From: an uncultured delta proteobacterium
GTDB taxonomy: Bacteria; Myxococcota; Myxococcia; Myxococcales; Myxococcaceae
Reading direction: 5' to 3'
DNA: 64,000 nt
Assembly: GCA_963796055.1 (NCBI GenBank)
Contig: CAWCKH010000004.1
Span: 3,424,001 to 3,488,000, forward strand
Positions within the stretch are counted from its first letter, which is position 1. The number at the start of each line of letters is the position of its first letter. The position numbers were made by a program, and so were the translations under genes. Below the pieces are notes generated by a model. The model did no database searches and was not told the DNA's origin. It was given only the letters and a program-made list of their open reading frames with translations. Shown piece by piece: positions 47,722 through 57,518 of the stretch.

Positions 47722-48849
47722 ATGGAGCAGGTCGATCTCGAGTATGGAAGAAGACCCGACGGCACCCTGCATGTCGCGCTGGGCGGCGACTGGAAGCTGA
47801 CGCGCGGAATCCCCGCGCTCCGAGGTGTGCTCGAAGAGATCGAGAGACAGCCTCCTCCGCAAAGAGTCGTCTTCGAAACGAGTGTCCTCGCCGGCTGGGA
47901 CAGCGGGCTGCTCACGTTCCTTCTGGGGGTGCTGTCGCGATGCATGCAGCTTGGCGTCGAGGTCGATCGCCAGGGGCTACCCAAGGGGGTGGAGCGGCTC
48001 CTCGCGCTCGCCACCGCGGTGCCAGCCAGGCGCAGCTCCCGAAGCCAGCCGTCGGAGTCCTTTCTCGCAAGCGTCGGCGATGCCGCGATCACCGGGTCAC
48101 GTGCGTGTCAGGACACGCTCGCCTTCATCGGTGAAGCATTCCTCGCGCTGGTACGCCTCTTCACGGGAAAGGCCCGGTTCCGGCGTTCGGACTTGCTGCT
48201 CGTCCTTCAGGGCTGTGGCGCGCGCTCGCTTGGAATCGTCGCGCTCATCAATTTCCTGGTGGGAATCATCCTCGCGTTCGTCGGCGCGATCGAGCTTCGG
48301 ACCTTCGGAGCACAGATCTACGTCGCGCACCTGGTGGGGATCGGCATGCTCCGGGACATCGCGCCGATCATGACCGGGATCATCGTCACCGGTCGCACCG
48401 GGGCGGCCTTCGCGGCGGAGCTCGCCACGATGGAGGCAAACCAGGAGACCGATGCGCTGAGAACGCTCGGTATCCCGCCAATGGACTTCCTGGTCCTTCC
48501 CCGACTGCTTGCCCTCTCCCTGATGATGCCCTTGCTCTGCCTCTACGCCGATCTGGTGGGAATCGCCGGCGGGCTCGTCGTCTCCGCCTCGATGCTCGGG
48601 ATCAGCCCCGTGCAATATCTGCTCGAGACGAAGCACGCGGTTCACGTCAACGACCTGTTCCTCGGATTGTTCATGGGCTTCGTCTTCGGAGTGCTGGTGG
48701 CCCTCACCGGATGCATGCGCGGCCTCCGCAGCGGGCGCAGCGCCGCGGCCGTCGGCGAGGCCACCACCTCCGCCGTCGTCACCGGAATCGTCAGCATCGT
48801 GGTCGCGACTGCGATCATCACTGTTCTCGCCTATGTCCTCGGAATCTGA
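47722..48849 (+). CDS. mlaE: MlaE family ABC permease with N-terminal STAS-like domain
   Basis: WDSG, GRTGAAFAAELATM...DAL, VGEATTSAVV. Confidence 0.92.
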   Translation: MEQVDLEYGRRPDGTLHVALGGDWKLTRGIPALRGVLEEIERQPPPQRVVFETSVLAGWDSGLLTFLLGVLSRCMQLGVEVDRQGLPKGVERLLALATAVPARRSSRSQPSESFLASVGDAAITGSRACQDTLAFIGEAFLALVRLFTGKARFRRSDLLLVLQGCGARSLGIVALINFLVGIILAFVGAIELRTFGAQIYVAHLVGIGMLRDIAPIMTGIIVTGRTGAAFAAELATMEANQETDALRTLGIPPMDFLVLPRLLALSLMMPLLCLYADLVGIAGGLVVSASMLGISPVQYLLETKHAVHVNDLFLGLFMGFVFGVLVALTGCMRGLRSGRSAAAVGEATTSAVVTGIVSIVVATAIITVLAYVLGI

Positions 48850-49633
48850 AGGCAACGCTACCGGAGAGACGGGTCCGAAGATCACGGTGAGAGATCTCAC
48901 CATGGCCTACGGCGACTCGATGGTCGTTCGAGACCTCAACTTCAGCGTGAAGGAGCGCGAGATCTTCGTCATCATGGGCGGGAGCGGTAGCGGGAAGAGC
49001 ACGCTGCTCCGGCACCTCATCGGACTGCAGGAACCTGCCCGGGGGACGATCTCCTACCAGGGCACCAGCTCCGATCTCTGGGAGATGGCGACGCCGGAGC
49101 GAGAGCGCCTCCTGCGACGCTTCGGAGTCCTCTACCAGGGGGGCGCCCTGTGGAGCTCGATGACCCTCGGGGAGAACGTGTCCCTCCCGATGCAGGAGTA
49201 CGGCGTCGCCGGCGCCGAGGAGATCTCCGCGCTCGCCTCGCTCAAGCTCGCCCTGGTCGGTCTCGCCGGCTGCGAGGACTACTACCCCGCGGAGATCAGC
49301 GGCGGCATGACCAAGCGGGCGGGTCTGGCACGCGCGATTGCGCTGGAGCCAGACATCCTCTTCTTCGACGAGCCGTCTGCGGGTCTGGATCCGATCACCT
49401 CGCGGCGCCTGGACGACCTCATCCTCGATCTGCGTGACAGCCTCGGCGCCACGATCGTCGTGGTGACCCACGAGCTCGCGAGCATCTTCGCCATCGGCGA
49501 CAACTCCGTGCTTCTCGACGGGCAGAGCAAGGCGATGATCGCCTCGGGAAACCCGAAGCGGCTCCTGGCCGAATCGAAGGATCCGCGAGTGCTCTCTTTT
49601 CTCACCCGGGGCGGAGGGACGAGTCATGCGTAG
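48833..49633 (+). CDS. mlaF: MlaF family ABC ATPase
   Basis: GGSGSGKST, ISGGMTKR, FFDEPSAGLDP, VTH. Confidence 0.93.
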   Translation: MSSESEGNATGETGPKITVRDLTMAYGDSMVVRDLNFSVKEREIFVIMGGSGSGKSTLLRHLIGLQEPARGTISYQGTSSDLWEMATPERERLLRRFGVLYQGGALWSSMTLGENVSLPMQEYGVAGAEEISALASLKLALVGLAGCEDYYPAEISGGMTKRAGLARAIALEPDILFFDEPSAGLDPITSRRLDDLILDLRDSLGATIVVVTHELASIFAIGDNSVLLDGQSKAMIASGNPKRLLAESKDPRVLSFLTRGGGTSHA

Positions 49634-50585
49634 GCAACCGAGCAAGACGCTCATCGGAGCGTTCGTCGTCGGCGCCGTGGCGCTGGCTGTTCTGGGCATC
49701 GCCGCCTTCGGTTCCGGGAGGCTCTTTCAGAAGCGTTTCACGTGCGTGATGTACTTCTCCGGGTCGATCACCGGGCTGTCGATCGGCTCGCCCGTCGAGT
49801 TCAGAGGGGTCAAGATCGGCCAGGTCACGAAGATCGCCGCGGTGCTCGATCCGAAGGCCGTGAGCGTCCACATTCCCGTCTACATCGAGGTTGACCCGAA
49901 GAGCCTGATCGTCCTGGGCGACGAGGACGCGTCGAAGGTGCTCTCCACGAACCACTTCTACGAACCCCTCCTGGAGAAGGGGCTGAAGGCGCAGCTCGAC
50001 ATCGAGAGCTTCGTGACCAGGAAGCTCTACATCAACATGGATTTCCACCCCGGTCCCCCGCAGCTCCTCGGACTCGACCCCCGGTATCCGGAGATCCCCA
50101 CCATCCCCTCGCTTCAAGAAGAGATCGTGAAGACGCTGCAGAAGCTCCCCGAGAAGATCATCGCCGTCGCCGACGGGATCGAACGGCTGGTCAATTCTCC
50201 CGAGGCACAGGACGGCCTGCGCGACCTCGACGCTCTGATCCGGGCGTTCACCAAGGAGGTCGGGCCTCTGTCCGCGAGCACGCGGTCGACGCTGGCGGCC
50301 GCGCGCCGCGCCTTCACGCAAGGCGAGAAGACGCTGGCCATGAAGGAGGGCCCGTCGGCGGAGATGGCGGCGAGCTTCACCGATACCATGAAGAAGGCCA
50401 GCGGCTCCCTCGACCAGATGCGCTCGACGCTGGAGACCTACCAGAGGCTGGCTGAACCGAGCGGCACGCTGGGGCACGACCTGACGAGGATGCTCGGGGA
50501 TCTCGATGCCGCGGCGCGCTCGGTGCATACGCTGGCCGAGTACCTCGAGCTCCACCCCGAAGCGGTCCTGAAGGGAAAGCAATGA
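49626..50585 (+). CDS. mlaD: MlaD/MCE family protein
   Basis: IGAFVV TM segment; GLSIGSPVEFRGVKIGQV MCE motif; helical tail. Confidence 0.92.
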   Translation: MRRQPSKTLIGAFVVGAVALAVLGIAAFGSGRLFQKRFTCVMYFSGSITGLSIGSPVEFRGVKIGQVTKIAAVLDPKAVSVHIPVYIEVDPKSLIVLGDEDASKVLSTNHFYEPLLEKGLKAQLDIESFVTRKLYINMDFHPGPPQLLGLDPRYPEIPTIPSLQEEIVKTLQKLPEKIIAVADGIERLVNSPEAQDGLRDLDALIRAFTKEVGPLSASTRSTLAAARRAFTQGEKTLAMKEGPSAEMAASFTDTMKKASGSLDQMRSTLETYQRLAEPSGTLGHDLTRMLGDLDAAARSVHTLAEYLELHPEAVLKGKQ

Positions 50586-51220
50586 CCGGGACGAAGCGTC
50601 TTCGCCTGCCGCCGCTCCTCGCCTGCGCGATGTTCCTCGCGCTGGCGGGCTGCCTCGGGACCTCGCGCTCTTCGCGGTTCTACACGCTGGAGCCGCTTCA
50701 GGTCGGGGACGGTCCGGGCGCGACCGCCACCGATGCGACCCTGGCGGTCGGACCGGTAGAGCTCCCGGACTACGTCGACCGCCCGCAGATCGTCACCCGC
50801 TCCGGCACCAACGAGCTGGTCATCGCGGAGTTCGAGCGCTGGGGTGGTTCGCTCGACAGGCAGATCAGCGGCTCGCTGGTCGCGACGCTTCGGGATCGTC
50901 TGGCACCCCGGCAGATCGCGGTCGTGCCGTTGAAATCGGCCGTCCTGTCGAGCCGTCCTGCTTACCGGATGACGGTCAGCGTCTCGCGTTTCGACGGGGT
51001 GCCCGGTCAGTCGGTCGTCCTGCAGGCCAGGTGGGAACTGTGCACGCAGGGTGGCGGGAAGGAAGAGTCGCTCGGCGTGAAGGAGGCGTCGGTGACGGAG
51101 CAGATCGACGGCTCCGGCTACGACGCGCTCGTTGCGGCGATGCAAAGGGCGCTGGTCCGTCTTGGTGAGCAGATGGCCGACGGCGTCGTGGCGGCGAATC
51201 AGGTCGCAAGAGCGCGGTGA
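50582..51220 (+). CDS. pqiC: PqiC family ABC auxiliary lipoprotein
   Basis: LAGC lipobox; VGPVELPDYVDRPQIVTR...RW. Confidence 0.9.
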   Translation: MTGTKRLRLPPLLACAMFLALAGCLGTSRSSRFYTLEPLQVGDGPGATATDATLAVGPVELPDYVDRPQIVTRSGTNELVIAEFERWGGSLDRQISGSLVATLRDRLAPRQIAVVPLKSAVLSSRPAYRMTVSVSRFDGVPGQSVVLQARWELCTQGGGKEESLGVKEASVTEQIDGSGYDALVAAMQRALVRLGEQMADGVVAANQVARAR

Positions 51221-51396
51221 GACCGCGGTGAGACCGCGGATTCTCCCGAACAGCAGGTCACATGCGACCTCGACGCCCGGCACGGGGAGCGGCGGTGACA
51301 GGACGCATCAGCCCGTTTCCAGCGAGCGTGGCGGAGCGCGGGAGTGCGGTAACAGAGGGTCGTCCTCGACAGACTGACGCTTGGAGGACCGAAGCC

Positions 51397-51585
51397 GTGA
51401 CCACTCTGACCATCATCCCGACAACCCGGATCGCCACCGAGGACTCCCCGAGGGCGACGCTTCTCGCCCGGCTCGTGGAGCGCATCGTCCGGCTCCCGTG
51501 GCTGGGCAAGGCGAGCGTGGAGCCGGTGCTGGCCCGCGCCATCGACGAGGCCTTCGAGAGCCTCGCGCGCGAGGCCCGGACCTGA
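51397..51585 (+). CDS. Small hypothetical protein (62 aa)
   Basis: GGAGG RBS then GTG; amphipathic helical sequence. Confidence 0.5.
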   Translation: MTTLTIIPTTRIATEDSPRATLLARLVERIVRLPWLGKASVEPVLARAIDEAFESLAREART

Positions 51586-51604
51586 GGAGAGGCAGCGCCT
51601 CGAC

Positions 51605-54600
51605 TCAGGGCGAGACGACCTCGAGCTCCACACCGCGAAGGCGGAACCCGCCTGCGTCGAGCGCACGGCGGAGGCTCTCGACGGGCGCCGTGGTGTCCGG
51701 CGCGGGGATGGGAAAGACCGCCCACGAATGCGCTCCCCGGGCGAGGCGGTATTTGAGGCTGGGGAGCACGTTCACCTGCGAGAGCCCGGCGCCCGAGGGG
51801 CCCTCGACGATCCGGGCTAGTTCCTCTCCGGTTCGCCCGTCGAGCAGGACCGCGCCCGCACCCTCGTGAGAGACTGTGACGACGGAACCGTCTGCGGACC
51901 AGCCGACCGTCGACCCGATGGAGGTGGGGTTGGGCGCGCTCCAGACCGTCTCGAATCCGGGGAGCCTCCAGACGGCAATCCGCCCGGGCACGTACATGAC
52001 GACGCGAGAGCCATCGGGGCTGATCGCCATCGTTTCGGGGCGGTCCGGCAGCCGGAGGCGGCTCCTGGTTCCGGTGGAGACTTGCTGCAGCACGAACCCA
52101 TCGGACTCCAGCCAGCCGATCCACTCCCCGCTTGGCGCGATCGCGTGGTGGTCGTTCCGCCGAACGCTCCCCATGGGCTCGTCGAGAAGGATTGAAGCTC
52201 CGCGGACGTCCCAGACGCGACGCCTCTGGTCGGAGCGTGTCAGGAGGCGACTTCCGTCGGGCGAGAGCAGGACGGTGAGGCACTGCTCGCACGCGAGCCG
52301 GGCCAGCTCCTGTCCATCGTCCGCCCTCTGGATGACGACGTCCGGACGACGGGCGAGGGCCAGAGTGGATCCGTCGCTGGAGAGAGCTGCGTCTCCGACC
52401 GTCGGGTCGGTGAGTTCGCGGATCAGCGTGCCGTCCTCCGAACGTAGCTCCACCCGCTTCCACCTCTCGACGAGAAGGAACCGTGCGCGCCCGGCGCGGA
52501 AGACCAGGCGCGAGCTGAACGAGCCGCTGGTGCTCGGCGCCGGGCGGCGAAGGTTCCAGGAGATTAGGGTTCGCCCTCCCGAGAGCCCCGAGGCGTAGAG
52601 CTTCGACCCGTCGGGCGAGAACGCGTAGCTCGGGACGCCGGGGGGGCGGCTGAGGGTGACGAAGACGACACGGTCGCGGAGATCCACCACGTCGGCGCGG
52701 TTCAGCGTCGGGCTGTCCACCACCACCCGGTGCCCGTCCGCGCTGACCGCCAGGACGCGGCCGTCCGACATCACGCCAAACCCGGAAGCGGACCTGCCAG
52801 GGAGCTCCATGGAGAAGTCTCCCTCGGGCCCACCGAAGAGCTGCAGCGAGCCCGAGCGCACCAGCGCCACGCCATGGGCGGTGAAGACTATCTCCGCCGC
52901 ATCGGGCGCGGGCCGGGAGGCCAGTTCCCGCCCTGACGCCATGTCCCAGAGTCGAACGATTCCTCCCTGGTCCTTGAACGCCAGCCGGTCTCCTGCCGGG
53001 GAGATGACACACGGAGCGTTCAGGGCGACCTCCGGGTGCGCGTCGGCGCCATCCACCAGAAGGACACCCTTGCTGATGCGAGCACGAGGGGTGGGGGGGC
53101 CGCTCCAGCAGAGCCACTCCTCCTTCAGTTCGGAGGTGAAGCGCTCCTGTCCCGTGATGAGATCCAGGATGCGGGTGAGATGTCCGAACGTGACGCGGAC
53201 GGCCCCACCGGTGATGCGCGCCCTGTTGATCGGCTCCTCCAGCCGTGCGGTCCACAGGGTACGGCCCGTCGCGATCTCGTAGACACGCGCGATGTCTACT
53301 CGGGTCTCGAGCGAGACCAAGGTCCCGTCGGGCAGGACGTCGACGTCGGTGAACGCGCCGGGGGGGCCGGTGAGGACGCTGCCTCGCCCCGGCATGCGCT
53401 CCATGGCCAGGGCGCTGCCCCAGCGGGCCACGGCGGCATCGTGCTCGATCCGGCTCGCGGCGTAGTAGGCGGCAGCGCGCGCCCAGTCGCTCACGTCCTC
53501 GGCGCGCCGGGCACGCTCGATCAACGCGGATGCGAGATTCACCCGGGCATGCTGGAGCTGGACCAGCACCGCCACCGCAGCGACGATCAGGATGAGGACC
53601 GCCGCGGCGATGGCCACGCTCAGCGCCGGGTTTCGCTTCACGAGCTTCCGCGTCAGCTCGAGGGTTCCGTAGGCATAGGCCTCGACCCGCCCACCCGCCC
53701 GATAGGCCAAGAGCTCGCTGGCGAAGGCGGCGGCGTCCGGATAGCGCTCGGCCGGAATGCTCCGGAGCGCGCGCTCGGCGATGGCGGCCAGCTCCGGGGG
53801 CGCTTCCGGACACAACACCCGGACCGGTACCCGCCGCCCGGAACGCACCGCCTCGATGACCTGGGCGTTGTCGGCCCCCTCGAAGGGCGGTCTTCCGGTC
53901 AGCAGCTCGTAGAGCATCGCCCCGAGGCTGAACACGTCGCTCCGCTCGTCGATGGCCTCGAGATCGCCCCGCGCCTGCTCGGGACTCATGTACGAGGGCG
54001 TTCCGAGTGCCACGCCGGCCTGGGTCAGCTCCGGGCTGGACTCGGGCGTGGACGTCGCGACCGCCGCTTCGGCCTCGTCACGCCGCTTGGCCAGGCCCCA
54101 GTCGACGACCACCGTCTCGCCGTACGGGCCGACCATCACGTTCGAGGGCTTGAGGTCCCGGTGCACCACGGCCCGTGCATGCGCGTAGGCCACGGCCTGG
54201 GCTGCGTCGACGAGATGCGGGAGCAGCTCGAGCCGCTGGCTGAGCGTTCGGCACTGGGCGAGTGCCGCCTTGAGCGTCCGGCCCCGGATCAGCTTCTGGG
54301 CCGAGTAGAGCCTCCCATCAGGGCGCTGCGCGAGCTCGTGAACGGCCACGATGCCCGGATGATCCAGCTGCCCGGTGAGCCGTGCCTCGCGGAGGAAGCG
54401 GGCCCTGGCCCCGCTCGCACTCCCGGGAGAATCCCCTGTGCCGGGAGACGTGAGCTCCTTGAGCGCGACCTCCCGTCCCACGACGCGGTCGAGCGCGCGC
54501 CAGACGATTGACTGCCCGCCACGGCCGAGCTCGTCGAGCCGGACATACTTTCCCTCGGGCTCGACCGGAATGACCTCCGCGCCCTCGAAGGCAGGTGCTT

Positions 54601-54895
54601 GCGCCTGGGAGTCGTCATGGAGCGCGCCGAGGGTGTAGGAGAGGGCCCGCGCTCCGTCCACCGACTCCAGCACTCGCTCCGGGCTTCCACCGTTCGCGGC
54701 CAGAGCCTCGGTGGCGAGGGCCATCACGAGGTCACGCCGCTCCGGAGTCAGCGCGCCCGAGTCCACGAGGTGATCGAGCAGCGACCGGCCGTCGCGCACC
54801 AGCATGCGCATCGAGGCCGCGGTCATCACCTGCGCCGGGGTGACGAACCCGGCCTGCGCGGCCAGGACCCCGAGAATGAGATTCCGGTCGTCCAT
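51605..54895 (-). CDS. Ser/Thr protein kinase with TM-like helix and WD40/beta-propeller region (paralog 1)
   Basis: GRGGQS, VALKE, HRDLKPSN, DWG, GTPSYMSPE; repeated AFSPDG/WD units. Confidence 0.95.
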   Translation of the reverse strand: MDDRNLILGVLAAQAGFVTPAQVMTAASMRMLVRDGRSLLDHLVDSGALTPERRDLVMALATEALAANGGSPERVLESVDGARALSYTLGALHDDSQAQAPAFEGAEVIPVEPEGKYVRLDELGRGGQSIVWRALDRVVGREVALKELTSPGTGDSPGSASGARARFLREARLTGQLDHPGIVAVHELAQRPDGRLYSAQKLIRGRTLKAALAQCRTLSQRLELLPHLVDAAQAVAYAHARAVVHRDLKPSNVMVGPYGETVVVDWGLAKRRDEAEAAVATSTPESSPELTQAGVALGTPSYMSPEQARGDLEAIDERSDVFSLGAMLYELLTGRPPFEGADNAQVIEAVRSGRRVPVRVLCPEAPPELAAIAERALRSIPAERYPDAAAFASELLAYRAGGRVEAYAYGTLELTRKLVKRNPALSVAIAAAVLILIVAAVAVLVQLQHARVNLASALIERARRAEDVSDWARAAAYYAASRIEHDAAVARWGSALAMERMPGRGSVLTGPPGAFTDVDVLPDGTLVSLETRVDIARVYEIATGRTLWTARLEEPINRARITGGAVRVTFGHLTRILDLITGQERFTSELKEEWLCWSGPPTPRARISKGVLLVDGADAHPEVALNAPCVISPAGDRLAFKDQGGIVRLWDMASGRELASRPAPDAAEIVFTAHGVALVRSGSLQLFGGPEGDFSMELPGRSASGFGVMSDGRVLAVSADGHRVVVDSPTLNRADVVDLRDRVVFVTLSRPPGVPSYAFSPDGSKLYASGLSGGRTLISWNLRRPAPSTSGSFSSRLVFRAGRARFLLVERWKRVELRSEDGTLIRELTDPTVGDAALSSDGSTLALARRPDVVIQRADDGQELARLACEQCLTVLLSPDGSRLLTRSDQRRRVWDVRGASILLDEPMGSVRRNDHHAIAPSGEWIGWLESDGFVLQQVSTGTRSRLRLPDRPETMAISPDGSRVVMYVPGRIAVWRLPGFETVWSAPNPTSIGSTVGWSADGSVVTVSHEGAGAVLLDGRTGEELARIVEGPSGAGLSQVNVLPSLKYRLARGAHSWAVFPIPAPDTTAPVESLRRALDAGGFRLRGVELEVVSP

Positions 54896-55302
54896 CGACG
54901 CGCGGCTCAGGGCCGACTGAGAACTGCCGTTGCGCATCGACTCTCCGTCAATTGCCGGAGGGCGTGCTCTGACCTTGCAGCGGGTCCGAAATTCGGCAGG
55001 TAGGTCACTCTCTTCACTTCCTCGTTCATCGGCGGGGCCGTGAGCCGAAACGGGGGACGAAGCGCATTGCCCGAGCCTACTGCGATGCGCCCTCGACTGC
55101 CCGCAGCGCGCGATGCTGACCCGAGGTTCAGCGGTGACGGGGACTCCTGCCCACCGCGACCGCCGCTCTCCGCCGGTAACGGATCCGGCGCTTGCTGCGA
55201 CAGATTCGTGAAGGGTTCAGGGCGAGGCCTCCACCGCCCGAGATTGCGCTCGGTCCGTGACGAGGTCGGCGCGAAAGCGCCCGGCATGGACCGCTGGAAG
55301 GA

Positions 55303-56667
55303 GTGTCGGTGGTCTTCTGGATCGAGTTCGCGATGGTGCTCACCGCCATCCTCCTCGGCATCCGCCGGGGTGGAATCGCGCTCGGGCTGATCGGCGGCCT
55401 CGGAGTCGCGCTGCTCGTCTTCCTCTTCCGCGCCCCGCCCTCCGAGCCACCGGTCGCGGTCATGCTGATCATCCTCGCGGTGGTCACCGCCTCCGCCACG
55501 CTGCAGGTCGCCGGCGGCCTCGAGTATCTCGTCCAGCTCACCGAGAAGCTGCTGCGCGCGCACCCGAACCGCGTCACGCTCCTCGCGCCGCTCTGCACCT
55601 TCCTTCTCACCGTCTGCGTGGGCACCGGGCACGCGGTGTACGCCCTCTTCCCCGTCATCGCCGACGTTGCGCTGAAGACGCGGATCCGCCCGGAGCGGCC
55701 GATGGCGGTCTCCAGCGTCGCCGCGCAGATGGGCATCACCGCCAGCCCGGTCGCCGCGGCCGTGACCACCTTCCTCGGCTACTCGTCCAGGATGGGAGCG
55801 GCCCTCACGATCTTCGACATCCTCAAGATCACGCTGCCGGCCGGGATCGTCGGCGTGATCGCGGCCGCGACCTGGAGCTTGAAGCGCGGCGTGGAGCTCG
55901 AGAAGGACCCCGAGTTCCAGCGGCGCATGGGAGACCCGGCGCTGCGGGCCCAGCTCGAGACGACGGTGACGACCCTCGAGAAGAAGCTGCCGGCGTCCGC
56001 GAAACTGTCGGTGGCGCTCTTCTTCGGCGGTGTGCTGTTCATCGTCGGGCTCGCGCTCCGCGACACGTTCGCGAACGCGGGCTACCACCTCCCGCAGCTC
56101 CTTCCGCTGGTCGGCGGAAGGCCGGTGCCGATGACCACGGTGGTGCAGGTGGTGATGCTCGCTTCCGGGGCGTTGATCCTCTTCGCCGCGAAGGTGAAGG
56201 CGGCTGACGTTGCGAACGCGAGCGTCTTCAAGGCGGGCATGATCGCGGTGGTTTCGATCCTCGGCATTGCCTGGATGAGCGACACCTTCGTCACCTCGAA
56301 CCAGGCGCTGCTCATCGGCAAGATCAAGGCAATGGTGCAGCTGGCACCCTGGACCTTCGCCATCGCGATGTTCTGTGTCTCGGCATTCGTGAAGAGCCAG
56401 GCGGCCACGTTGACGGTGATGATCCCGTTCGGGATCGTGCTCGGTCTACCCGCGACCCTGATACTGGGGCTGATCCCGGCGAGCTACGCGTACTTCTTCT
56501 TCTGTTTCTATCCGAGCGATCTCGCCGCGATCAGCATGGACCGGACCGGAACCACCCACATCGGCAAGTACCTGCTCAACCACAGCTTCATGGTGCCGGG
56601 ATTGATCGGCGTCTCGGTCTCGACGACGGTCGCGTACCTGCTCGCCCGGTTCGCCTTCCACTTCTAG
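55303..56667 (+). CDS. Anaerobic C4-dicarboxylate transporter (DcuA/DcuB family)
   Basis: GTGH, IRPERPM, DRTGTTHIGKYLLNHSFMVPG. Confidence 0.93.
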   Translation: MSVVFWIEFAMVLTAILLGIRRGGIALGLIGGLGVALLVFLFRAPPSEPPVAVMLIILAVVTASATLQVAGGLEYLVQLTEKLLRAHPNRVTLLAPLCTFLLTVCVGTGHAVYALFPVIADVALKTRIRPERPMAVSSVAAQMGITASPVAAAVTTFLGYSSRMGAALTIFDILKITLPAGIVGVIAAATWSLKRGVELEKDPEFQRRMGDPALRAQLETTVTTLEKKLPASAKLSVALFFGGVLFIVGLALRDTFANAGYHLPQLLPLVGGRPVPMTTVVQVVMLASGALILFAAKVKAADVANASVFKAGMIAVVSILGIAWMSDTFVTSNQALLIGKIKAMVQLAPWTFAIAMFCVSAFVKSQAATLTVMIPFGIVLGLPATLILGLIPASYAYFFFCFYPSDLAAISMDRTGTTHIGKYLLNHSFMVPGLIGVSVSTTVAYLLARFAFHF

Positions 56668-56678
56668 GAGTGAACGGA

Positions 56679-57482
56679 ATGCCGACGAACCCCGTTGGAC
56701 CGGTGAGCGAGGGAATGCGACCCATTCTCGCCGGTCATCGCGCGCTGATCGTCGGCATCGCCAACGACCGGTCGATCGCTTACGGCTGCGCCCGCGCCTT
56801 CCGCGAGGCCGGCGCCGAGCTGGCCATCACCTGGCTCAACGAGAAGGCGCGCGTCCACGTGGAGCCGCTGGCGCGGGAGCTAAGCGCGAGCATCACCGCA
56901 CCGCTCGACGTCGAAGCTTCGGGGCAGATGGAGGCTCTGTTCGATCTTCTCCGCTCGCGCTGGGGCAAGCTGGACAGCTTCATCCACTCCATTGCCTTCG
57001 CTCCGAAGGAGGATCTCCAGGGCGGCCTGCTCGACTGCTCGGCCGCAGGATTCGCCCGGGCGATGGACGTGTCCTGCCACTCCTTCATCCGGATGGCCCG
57101 GCTGGCGGCGCCGCTGATGACCCAGGGCGGGACGATGTTCGCCATGAGCTACCTCGGCGCGAACCGCGTCGTCGCCAATTACAACGTGATGGGCCCGGTG
57201 AAGGCGGCGCTCGAGGCATCCTGCCGGTACCTGGCGCATGAGCTCGGTCCGGCCCGCATCCGGGTCCACGCCATCTCGCCGGGGCCCCTGAAGACGCGGG
57301 CGGCCTCCGGACTGAAGGATTTCGAGGCGCTGCTGAACGAGGCGGCGCACAAGGCTCCCCTGGGCGAGCTGGTGGACATCATGGACGTGGGCTTCGCCTG
57401 CGCGTACCTGGCCACCCCCTTCGCCCGGCGGATCACCGGCGGCACGGTGTACGTCGACGGGGGCGCGAACGTCGTCGGCTGA
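56679..57482 (+). CDS. fabI: Enoyl-ACP reductase
   Basis: GIANDRSIAYG, HSIAFAP, YNVMGPVKAALE, ISPGPLKTRAASG; start uncertain (56670-56715). Confidence 0.94.
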   Translation: MPTNPVGPVSEGMRPILAGHRALIVGIANDRSIAYGCARAFREAGAELAITWLNEKARVHVEPLARELSASITAPLDVEASGQMEALFDLLRSRWGKLDSFIHSIAFAPKEDLQGGLLDCSAAGFARAMDVSCHSFIRMARLAAPLMTQGGTMFAMSYLGANRVVANYNVMGPVKAALEASCRYLAHELGPARIRVHAISPGPLKTRAASGLKDFEALLNEAAHKAPLGELVDIMDVGFACAYLATPFARRITGGTVYVDGGANVVG

Positions 57483-57518
57483 GCGAGCGAGAGAACCGAA
57501 GCTGCTCGAGGTCGTCCA

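Noticed and set aside
51213..51239. 11-bp tandem repeat gcggtgagacc at the pqiC stop (and gaccgcgacgccg twice near 46902-46941)
   Set aside because: Short GC-rich duplications with no further support
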